DNA of 63,318 nt, filler included, from an uncultured virus (IMG/VR IMGVR_UViG_2061766007_002030) (taxonomy: Duplodnaviria > Heunggongvirae > Uroviricota > Caudoviricetes). It is 5 parts of one record of this genome, joined end to end, with 100 filler letters (N's around TTAATTAATTAA, not from the genome) between each part and the next. Parts side by side here need not be neighbours in the genome. Positions count along the whole stretch, not along the records: positions 40,066 to 51,206 come from IMGVR_UViG_2061766007_002030; positions 51,307 to 63,318 come from IMGVR_UViG_2061766007_002030; 3 more parts are not named here. One strand, given 5' to 3'. Positions 46,832-56,622 of the stretch are shown here, piece by piece (position 1 is the first letter of the stretch; each line of letters starts with the position of its first letter). Under the pieces are notes generated by a model, which was given only the letters and a program-made list of their open reading frames with translations, was not told the origin of the DNA and ran no database searches. Position numbers and translations under genes: made by a program.

Positions 46832-47849
46832 ACACGACCGTAGCTCACCTGTTCCGCCAGTTGCGCCAGATTGCCGCAGAGCGACCGGAATGCATCAGGA
46901 CGGAACTACTTGACGAAGTCGAAGCTAAGGCTACTGAACTTGCTCAAGGTTCCCGTATAGAAGGCCCCGCACTATCTGAATTGTGGCGACTCGTCAATAC
47001 GCATGTCAAGCCGTACAAGAAGCTCATGCCGAGAATCATCGCCGAGCTGAAACACTGGAAGTGCAAGGACATCAAGGTTACCGTGGCAAACCACTGTTCC
47101 CATGATTTCTATCCGGTAGACAAGGATCAATACCAGCCGTATTTCTTTGCATACAACATAGAATGCACTCGTCATGTCGGTGGCAAGTGCTATTTCCGTG
47201 TTATGCTCCATGCGGCTTATTCCGACATCATGAAAGTGATTACCGACGGGGTATTCGACACTATCTACTACCGTCTTGCGTACGGAACCGGATCCGCCAA
47301 CGGCGTGGAATTTCCGGAAGTGCATTCAGACTGCTTTGTAGACCGCCAGGAAGATATCCGTAATGACATCCATGACGCTCTGTGGGACTACCATAGGGAC
47401 TGTCTCTGGAGAGCTAATGCCAATGACGAGTGGTACTTGATTCATGACTGTCTGGAACGTGAATATAGCGGCAAGACCATCGAAGAAATGAACGAACGCT
47501 TGGCTTACTCAATTACGCCGGTGCAAGAATATCTAAAGTCACACACGTTGCTTGACGGATATACGACAGCACCGATCGCCATTCAGAAGGTCATCTATGA
47601 CATTCGCCGTAGCAAACATAAATTTATTCCCAAGAAGCTCGAAGAATATCAGTTCTCTCCGGTAGTCATCCACAACGACCTCGATCCGCAAGTCGAGCTG
47701 TTCGACCCTCAAGGACGATTTGTCGGAGTTATCAAGAACATCACTGCGCTGTATGATGTGAAGCTGCAGATACGTACCCTAGGTGTACCCGGCTACTACA
47801 TGCTATACGGCGACCAGAAAATCAACATCGACCAGAATGGCGAATTCGA
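46828..47849 (+). CDS. Hypothetical protein
   Basis: Long ORF; its C-terminal domain resembles that of 45155..46024. Confidence 0.7.
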
Positions 47850-48064
47850 NNNNNNNNNNTGGCATTTTCGGTAATTTTTGTTAAAAAGTTTCATCCTGGA
47901 AAATTTTATCGTAGAATATTCCAAGTTGGAAATGGCGTTTTTGATACAGAAATGACGTTTTTTAAAATCTATCAACACTATAACCAAGATAATAACATTC
48001 TATCAACAGGATATCAACAATAAAAAGTACAGGCCCGTCATGCCAAATCATATAATCTTCAGGT

Positions 48065-48631
48065 ATGTGTGACGACGATTTTGACGATGTTGACATCGCC
48101 CGGGACGAAGAGGCGGAAAGAATAATCCGAATTACGGGAGAAATCGACGAGGATTCCTCGGAGAAGTTCATCCTATTGTTACACAGAGTCGCAAAAGTCC
48201 CGGGCGATATCACCGTTATTATTTCTAGTGACGGCGGGGATATAGAGGAGGGACTCCGCATCATAGATGCTATTACCATAGCTAAGACGAAGAACTGTCG
48301 CATACACACCGTCGTTTCCGGAAAGGCTTATTCTATGGCCGCACTGATTACTTGCATCGGGGACATTCGTACGATGTACTCGCATTCCAGGATGATGTTC
48401 CACCCGGGCCGCTACGAAGAGGGTAACGAAAGCAAGACTCTTACACCGAAAGAACTTAAGGAAATGTACGAAGAGCTCGAGATGTTCAACAGGATGTTCA
48501 AGCGCATACTCAAGAATGTCGGCGTATCCGATACGGAATGCGATAAGATGATGTCCGGCGATGTATACTTGAATGCCGAGGAAGCAATCTCCCTCGGCAT
48601 AATAAATTCAATCGAAACTGAGATTATATGA
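48065..48631 (+). CDS. clpP: ClpP-family protease proteolytic subunit
   Basis: ITGEID, ISSDGG, AYSMAA (catalytic Ser), MMFH, YLNAEEA..LGII. Confidence 0.85.
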   Translation: MCDDDFDDVDIARDEEAERIIRITGEIDEDSSEKFILLLHRVAKVPGDITVIISSDGGDIEEGLRIIDAITIAKTKNCRIHTVVSGKAYSMAALITCIGDIRTMYSHSRMMFHPGRYEEGNESKTLTPKELKEMYEELEMFNRMFKRILKNVGVSDTECDKMMSGDVYLNAEEAISLGIINSIETEII

Positions 48632-48671
48632 ACTACCCACACGCTAAAGACGTGTGGGTTTCCACAACGTC
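48628..48671 (-). mobile_element. IS200/IS605 (TnpB-type) right end; remainder lost in gap
   Basis: Minus strand GAAACCCACACGTCTTTAGCGTGTGGGTAGTTCAT; empty allele at 48741-48756. Confidence 0.7.
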
Positions 48672-48751
48672 NNNNNNNNNNACGATGTATACTTGAATGC
48701 CGAGGAAGCTATCTCCCTCGGCATAATAAATTCAATCGAAACTGATATTAT

Positions 48752-49625
48752 TTAAAATATTGCTATATTGTTGTCCATCAAGAACTTGGCAAACGGGTAG
48801 CTCCCGTGCCTCTCCATGAATCTCCCGATAATCCCCATGGCTTCTTCTAGCGCTTTCACGCCCGCTTCACCGGTTTCCATTATCGGCGCGCATTTTGGTT
48901 CAGGGTGTTCACTGTCATCGAAATCTAGGATGATTCCTTCGATTAGCGCCCGGTCTTCCCCGCGGTTAAGCATTTCTAAGCACTTTTTCATGTTCTCCTT
49001 GCGGCTTTCCTCTTTTCGCAGTGGATTCATCCTCAATAGGTCGAGCTTGTTTCCCCGGTCAGCCGATTCAAGGAACGCGTCCGATGATGCTATCCGGCGT
49101 ACATCGTCCAGACCGTACATCAAGGCATATTCCTTTACCGCCTCGCAGCTTTCGCAGAATACTCTGTAGTCCTTTTCCCAACAGTCAGGCTCAAATGTGA
49201 TTGCCTTTTTCAGTTCCGGGCTGAGTTCCTTCTCGGCCGATTCCATGAGCACCTTGTTGCTTCTGATGGGATTATCCGGGGCTGCAGGGGGGTACAGGCC
49301 TTCGTTGATGATATAAGTTTTCACTATNNNNNNNNNNCTTTACCGCCTCGCAGCTTTCACAGAATGCTCTGTAGTCCTTTTCCCAGCAGTCAGGCTCGAA
49401 TGTGATTGCCTTTTTCAGTTCCGGGCTGAGTTCCTTTTCGGCAGATTCCATGAGCGCCTTGTGGCTTCTGGTGGGGATACCAGGGGCTGCAGGGGGGTAC
49501 AGGCCTTCGTTGATGATATAAGTTTTCACTATAGCTTCGAGTACCGGACGGTTGTATCCGTTATTCCTCGAAACGACGCTGTGGATGAACTGCTTCTGTC
49601 GTGCATTTAAAATCGGCTTGAACAT
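48752..49625 (-). CDS. Hypothetical protein (two variant overlaps)
   Basis: Start MFKPILN with GAGG RBS; ATAAACT upstream; VLEAIV motif. Confidence 0.7.
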
Positions 49626-49702
49626 TCTGGACCTCGTTATCTGGAGTTTATGATTTTTTGCTATATTTGAATAGAATATTGGCCCACCAATGGAAGTTAA
49701 AT

Positions 49703-49881
49703 ATGACCGCAAACGAAAGGGATATCGAATTCGACACGCTTATCGACAAGAAGTACCTCGAAAAGCACTTCATCACCGTTACGAAGAAAAATGATGGCGA
49801 TTATGTATTTACCTATGCCGATACCGGTGTAGTGCTCGGCTATGTGTTCAATGCCCCGGCGGGGAACATTTTCCTTGCCGA
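49703..49881 (+). CDS. Hypothetical protein (truncated); empty allele of the omegaRNA site
   Basis: Promoter TTGCTATATT and GGAAG RBS. Confidence 0.55.
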
Positions 49882-49965
49882 NNNNNNNNNNGGTACCTCG
49901 TTATAGGGAGTTTATGGTTTTTGCTATATTTGAATAGAATATTGGACCACCAATGGAAGTTAAAT

Positions 49966-50255
49966 ATCAACTACCCACGGGCTAAAGACCCGTGAGTTTG
50001 AAACAGTAAACAATGTGAACTGCTGAGAACTCATAGTTGATTAGACTAAGTGATAGGAGAAATCCTTGAACTACGTTAGGATGGTCACGATACCCTGGAA
50101 TGTTTGTCCAAGTTCCCCGCTCTATCGTGTATCATTAAACAGACCTGATGGGTAGGGTCAGTGTGGTACGCACGACAAGCCATCCTAACATTGTCGATGG
50201 ACACCCACGGGGAGAAATCCCTGCATTACCCATTAAGTTGGGTTCAACAAAAGGA
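49966..50255 (+). ncRNA. HEARO / IscB omegaRNA scaffold
   Basis: TCAACTACCC..., AGTTGATTAGACTAAG, CTACGTT, CCAAGTTCC..GCTCT, TTAAACAG, CAGTG, AACATTGTCGA in the canonical order. Confidence 0.85.
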
Positions 50256-50317
50256 AACGTGGAGGTTTCCTCTCACCCACTAAAGATGGGTGAGTTTCCG
50301 CCTCCACAAAGGTTTAT
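49966..50317 (+). mobile_element. Non-autonomous IS200/IS605 (IscB-type) element carrying only the omegaRNA
   Basis: Left hairpin CACGGG-CTAAAG-ACCCGTG; right hairpin CTCACCCA-CTAAAG-ATGGGTGAG; no nuclease ORF; ATGA follows immediately. Confidence 0.8.
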
Positions 50318-51206
50318 ATGAAAAAAGAAATCGACATCAACGAAAAGCCCAAGCACTGCTTGATGAACATTACCCCGGCAATGGCCTNNNNNNNNNNCAT
50401 GTACCAGCGCATCATTACCGCCGTGTACCCGCTGACCCATGCCAACCGCATGCTCACGCCTCGTACAGCTGGTTCCGTTATGTACTACCTCATCAACGAC
50501 CTCGGATACGACTGGGACAGCGTCGAAAGNNNNNNNNNNAAATCCCTGCATTACCCGATTAAGTTCGGGTTCCCCCAAAAGGGCCAGAGTCGGGGCTCCT
50601 CTCACCCACTAAAGATGGGTGAGTTTCCGCCCCGGCAAAGNNNNNNNNNNCCGCCATGCTCAAGAAGACCGAAATGCTCGGCATCACTAACCGCCGCATC
50701 AACCAGAAATGGGTGACCCGCTTCGCCAAGATCATGGCAGAACACGGCTGGATGCTCAACGGCGAGACCATCGTCCTCGACAAGGACGGTGGCGTCATCG
50801 ACGGCCAGCACCGTCTCCACGCTTGCATCAAGGCCAATACTCCGTTCGCAACCAGCGTGATCAAGAACATCGACCGCAAGACCTTCACCACCATCAACTG
50901 CGGCCACTCACGCAACGCAGCACAGGCACTGCAGATCGAAGGCGTAAAGTACAATACCCAGATCGCCAGCATCATCCACGGCGTCCACCTGATCCGCAAC
51001 AACACCTTCAAGAACGTCGAGCTCATCCCCATGACCAATACCGAGGTCACCGAGGAATACCACGAACATGCCGATATGTACCAGCGCATCATTACAGCCG
51101 TGTACCCGCTGACCCATGCCAACCGCATGCTCACGCCGCGTACAGCCGGTTCCGTCATGTACTACCTCATCAACGACCTCGGATACGACTGGGACAGCGT
51201 CGAAAG
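50318..51206 (+). CDS. ParB/Srx-like domain protein (fragmented)
   Basis: NRRINQ, WMLNGETI, IDGQHRLHA. Confidence 0.75.
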
Positions 51207-51306
51207 NNNNNNNNNNNNNNNNNNNNNNNNNNNNNNNNNNNNNNNNNNNNTTAATTAATTAANNNNNNNNNNNNNNNNNNNNNNNNNNNNNNNNNNNNNN
51301 NNNNNN

Positions 51307-52566
51307 GTCATGCGGCTCGTCACCTTGCCCAAGAAGGACCTGAACGCCAGTACCCCGGCCAGTATGTAGAAAAGCCACGGCAGATTCCTCATAGCTCCCT
51401 CGGTATTCCGTAGAACGCTTCCTTGATAAGGTCGAACTCCGACATGTCGATATCCTTGGGTACGATCTCTATGCAGCTCACGAGCGCATGCACCGGCGCT
51501 AGGCCGAAGCTGATCCCTTTGCCGAGTCCTCCGTGACCCTTTATGTACTTGTCCATAGCNNNNNNNNNNCCTTTATACGGAACACACGTCCCTTGTCGCT
51601 CCGTATGTTCTCTATGCAGAAATTCTCTTGACCGGAACGGTCTACGTAGGTGTACGTCACGCAGAAGTGTACCTCGGCGCATACGCTGCTGTAACCGTTT
51701 CCGAACGACCTCATCAACGTGTGGAACTTCATGCGGCCAGTCACCTTGCCCATGAAGTCCTTGAATGCCAGTACACCGGCCAGTATGTAGAAAAGCCACG
51801 GCAGTTTACTCATAGCTCCCTCGGTATTCCGTAGAACGCTTCCTTGATAAGGTCGAACNNNNNNNNNNAATGCTCTCGTCGCTCCAGTCTCCCCTTATAC
51901 GGAACACCCGTCCCTTGTCGCTCCGTATCGTCTCGATGCAGTACTTCGTTTCACCTGAACGGTCTACGTAATCGTACGTCACGCAGTAGTGCACCTCTGC
52001 GGCGACGCTGCTGTAACCGTTTTCGAACGACTTCATCAACGCGTGGAACTTCATGTGGCTCGTCACCTTGCCCATGAATGACCTGAATGCCAGTACACCG
52101 GCCAGTANNNNNNNNNNTCCGTAGAACGCTTCCTTGATTAGGGAGAACTCCTCCATGCCCTTCGTCCCACGGTACTGCACCTCTCCGCCCACGTAGGAGT
52201 GCATGGGTGCCAGACTGTAGTCGATGCCGTCCCCAAGGNNNNNNNNNNNNNNNNNNNNNNNNNNNTGTCCATCGAGTTCCTTACCTTGCACATCACGTCG
52301 ACGTTGCTGCTCGCTCCACGCAAGCGGAACCGACGGAAACACCCGCTAATGATAACGTGACGGAACTTCACGTCGGCACCGTCAATACGGCTGTTCACCA
52401 GATCGACGTCCCTCACGTACATCAGCTTCACCTCGAACCAGCTGCTCTTCATGCCGTACATGTTGCACTGAACCCTGAACTCCCGGTACTTCCCCAAGTC
52501 CGTAACGAACTTCCTCGCCGCACCCACAAGGAACATGCCGTATATAATGTAAAGAAACTTTTTCAT
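51307..52566 (-). CDS. Tandem paralogous membrane-anchored proteins (starts at 52566, 51813, 51392, plus fragments)
   Basis: Shared ends F(S/D)LIKEAFYG(IPREL) and starts LPWLFYILAGVLAF with ATGA coupling. Confidence 0.6.
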
Positions 52567-53063
52567 CGCAGCTCGCTCTCCTTCAGCCGACCGTCCTTCA
52601 CCATCTCTCGGTACAGAGCCCTTCTGTACTCGTTCATCACCGCCACCAGGGTCGACCGCTTGACCCCGCTCAGCTTCAGGTACGTGTCGAACTGGTGTCT
52701 CTCCGTGATCAGCACGTATCCGTCCGGACAAGACACAGTGTACTCGCTCGGTACGTTGTACTCGACCGACATGTAGCCGCCCTTCAGCTCGTCCCGGTAG
52801 TTGCCGCCTATGCGACGCTTCACCTCGTTCATGTAAAGGAACCCTATCCTCATAGGCATGTACATCCGGGTGAACGTGTAGTACTCGACTCCCTTGTACT
52901 CCACGCAGAAGAACATAGGGTCGAGCTTGCTCGCCGGTATGCTGCCCACGTCGATCCACCCACGGTAACGTGAGTCCGTCATGAACCGTACACGGCGTAC
53001 CACAGACCTCGCTATGCCTACCGCAGCGATTACAAAGGCCACCAATGGCAAGAAACGACTCAC
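52563..53063 (-). CDS. N-terminal TM hypothetical protein
   Basis: Intact 166-aa ORF. Confidence 0.7.
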   Translation of the reverse strand: MSRFLPLVAFVIAAVGIARSVVRRVRFMTDSRYRGWIDVGSIPASKLDPMFFCVEYKGVEYYTFTRMYMPMRIGFLYMNEVKRRIGGNYRDELKGGYMSVEYNVPSEYTVSCPDGYVLITERHQFDTYLKLSGVKRSTLVAVMNEYRRALYREMVKDGRLKESELR

Positions 53064-53586
53064 CGCACGTACTCCTTCCCTATGTAGCCCTGACGCAGCA
53101 GAGTCCGGTAGAACTCCGCACCTATGTCAGACATCAGACGATCCACCTTGCTACGCTTGATACGGTACTTCCTACAGAACGATCCGATGCTGTACTCTTC
53201 GACTATGCCGCCCGTCTCCATGTCGATGATCTTCGTCGGAAGCGACTCCGTTATCGACACCCAGAACTTCCCATAGAATATCTCCGCAGTCGAAAGGAAT
53301 ATCTTCTGGAGACTTGCACTCCCTATGGACCTGTACACCGTATACGGCAAGTGCAGACGGGCCTCCGTATAGTAGTCCTCCGCCCTCAGACGCCACTTTC
53401 CGTGATGGAACCTCATGTCGGTATTCCATACCTCGAACCTCAACGGAACGAGGTCGCCACGGCGGAGACTTCCCCGGTCGAAGATCCCCTTTATGTCCGT
53501 ACGCCTAGAATTCCGCATCCGNNNNNNNNNNNNNNNNNNNNNNNCGCTATACCTAACGCCAATATGGGATATATGTACCTACTCAT
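53060..53586 (-). CDS. N-terminal TM hypothetical protein (gapped)
   Basis: MSRYIYPILALGIA start continues in ORF 53060..53518. Confidence 0.6.
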
Positions 53587-54075
53587 TCCAGCTCGTCCTC
53601 CCTCAGGAAGCCAAGCTCCACCATGCGCTGATAATATCGCCGTGTCACGTCGTGCAGCACGTCCATCAGACTGCGCTCGCGTATGCCGTACTTCTTGCNN
53701 NNNNNNNNNNNNNNNNNNNNNNNNNNNNNNNNNNNNNNNNNNNNNNNNNNNNNNNNCGGCCAGCCGGTCTCGGTATGCCCCTTCGAACATTTTCTGGATC
53801 TCGTAGAACGAACCCCTAGATGCCACGTATATACTGTGCGGTAGGTAGAAGTTCGATACCCGCACGTAGGATTCCTCCATGCAATGTCCGGCGGATAACT
53901 GACGGTACGTCCTCAGAACGAACTTGTACCTGACCATGCGGATATCCCTTACACTGTCGCTGAATAACCCGTTGCTTGCACTGTTGCGCACGACGAACCG
54001 TAAACGCCGCCGTACGCTACGTACTATGCCGTATGCCGATATGCCCAATGACGCTATGTATAGGAATGTCCTCAT
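53583..54075 (-). CDS. N-terminal TM hypothetical protein (gapped)
   Basis: MRTFLYIASLG start downstream of TTGCTG-17-TATATT. Confidence 0.6.
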
Positions 54076-54228
54076 ATTACCGCCCAAATATAGCAAATTG
54101 ACCGAATTCCAGCAAATTTCCCCTATATATGAACAACCGTGAACCCCAGGCAAAATTTTTCAAAATCGGGGCATGGGCTTCTCTGGGAAAACCCCAGTGG
54201 GGTCATTCACCGCCGAGTTTTTTATTTG

Positions 54229-56048
54229 TCACGTGCTTGTTTTGCTTTGGCATGTCCGCCACGATCTCGTCGTATATGCCTCGCTTCTTAGCCGCATAGC
54301 TTTCGCTGTGGTATTTCTTGTTGAATTCGGTACGGCTGGGGNNNNNNNNNNNNNNNNNNNNNNNNNNNNNNNNNNNNNNNNNTCAGTTTTCTTGTATGTA
54401 CGTTCCAGATGACTTGTTAAGTGTTCCCAGTGGTTCTTGTGTACTACTTGGTATTCTGATGGGTATTCCTTCATGAACTGTGCCCATGTCGTACACTTGG
54501 ATGCCGCCGACTTTATGTCGTCCTCGGTCAGCTTAGGCCGGTGCGCCTTCTGCATCTGGTCGGTCACGGTGCGATATAACTTGTGACGCTTTACCTGCGC
54601 ATAGAGGTTCGGATCCTTTTCACGAAGATCCTTAATGGTCGAATACCGTAACGCCGATTCGATGTAGCCGTTGTTCTGGTGTTCCAGTCGTTCTTCCTTC
54701 CAATTGGGATTGATGCGTTGCGCATATGTAATAAATTGAACGTAATTGATTCCGTGTTGTGCCAGAATGTCGGTTTGGCTCTTGTCGCCATGTATAACGG
54801 ACGTCAGCGCTTCTGGAAACCATTCGGGAATAGGGGACAGACTACTGCGGCGAATTCTTGGCCGATGCTTATCCAGCATGCCTTTACTTTCTTTATAAAA
54901 CATATGCAATGGAATGCCTAGCCGGTGTGCAGCTTCTTTGGACGTAATGGCATTATCATTAACATCGGCAATCAATTGACGAAGTTCATCTGCGCTATAT
55001 GATGGACTAGACGTATATGGCAATGACGATAACATGGTAGTCCAGCCACACGTCCTGATACGATGATATTCGGTAGGATATTTCTTACGAAATTCCGTCA
55101 GATCGCTACATAGCGGAACAATTTGTTCCACATGCTGCTTGAAGAACGTGTGTTCTACGTGTTTTATGGCATGTAGGCGTTTGATTTCGTTATATAGTGC
55201 GGTATCTTGTTTAAAACTGGCATAATCGGCATACCGTGTAAACGCTTCGGAAAGCAAGTCGGATAAGCTGGGTTGTGGATATGGTTCGGTCGATCCATTA
55301 TAACTTCCTAGTGAACCGCCTCGGTTACGGTTTAATACATTATAGCCATCATTCTTGTATTGCTGTATAGTGGCAATCTCTTGNNNNNNNNNNNNNNNNN
55401 NNNNNNNNNNNNNNNNNNNNNNNNNNNNNNNNNNNNNNNNNNNNNNNNNNNNNNNNNNNNNNNNNNNNNNNCCTTTAATCGCTGAGTAACATTCATTGAT
55501 ATGCCTATATATACAGAATGTGTTTCCGGAAATAACCATCGATACAATGACCAGCTTAACGTATCTGCACTAGGTAGAATACGTGGCAATTGATCAAGTA
55601 ATTCATAGAGCTTATGGCTAATTATGTATTGATATGCCGATCGGTGATCCTGTCGAAACGTATACAAACTTTGACTGGATGATATCAAGTAGTTTAACTT
55701 TTGTAGTGTCCATGTATTACGAGTCGCATGCGGTAAGTTTGCCAATAAGTCAAACCATCGGTTTTTCTTTATTTTTTCGTACGCACGTGGATATTTCTTG
55801 CAAAATTCGCTATAGGTGCTACATTGTTCGACTAATGCTGGTATAGTTGTTCGACTCCATTTTATATTATCAGAACCTACGGTAGATTTGTTCGGTAGGT
55901 GATTTCCTAACGAGTCATATAGGTGTGACCACCCATGACGTTTGATACTGTTGTATGCTCCCGGATATCGTTTACGGAATTGCTTTTTGCTACTACACTC
56001 GCATATTACTGATAATATACTAGCCTCTGTCCATACTGTGTTAGCCAT
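54229..56048 (-). CDS. GIY-YIG homing-type endonuclease with multiple short helical repeats
   Basis: LYRW...VYIGISMN..QR, E..TI..YK..GYNVLN; repeats F(R/C)KKYP.AY...(G/R)W..L. Confidence 0.7.
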
Positions 56049-56507
56049 TGGTAACCTCGTATAATTGTTGCATATATCCCCCAGGGATATTTTTTTATTT
56101 TAACTCTATTGCTGTGCATAGAAATATGGGGTAGGTATTGCCGATGGGCTGATTTTTCTTACCCTATATGTCGGATACCCCAGAGCAACTTTGTTCGCTT
56201 TTGGGGTGCCATATGCCTTTAAAAATTAGTTTATATTTTTCGTACCTTGATTTTTTATTTTAAAACGGACAGACTTTATCCTAGACCCCTGGCTCTGGTT
56301 GGGACTCGTCTGGACTGGNNNNNNNNNNNNNNNNNNNNNNNNNNNNNNNNNNNNNNNNNNNNNNNNNNTGGTGAACGGAAGTCACTTATTACTGCTCATA
56401 TGTACCCTACGGCGTTTTAGTCTGGGCTAACTTAGCCTGGGGTAACCTAGGTAGCCTAGGCTAACACTCGGCCACCTATTCCCCTACAGATCCCCTTACG
56501 GCGTTCC

Positions 56508-56575
56508 GGACTGGCAGAACTCGCACGGGACTGACTCGCTGTCCTATGAAGGCTATGTGAGCCGATGGGGCTTAC
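56508..56575 (+). promoter_or_regulatory. Tripartite conserved upstream motif, copy 1 (others at 57595, 58033, 59334, 61312, 62227, 62349)
   Basis: ACTGRCR-N8-ACGGGRCTG-N19/20-CTATGT. Confidence 0.8.
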
Positions 56576-56622
56576 AACCGAGCGGTTCGGTAAACCGCAC
56601 CACCACTCTCAAGGAGTCTATT

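Noticed and set aside
616..51262. Four perfect TTAATTAATTAA palindromes
   Set aside because: Always embedded in N runs; an artificial six-frame-stop linker. Adjacency across them is not biological.
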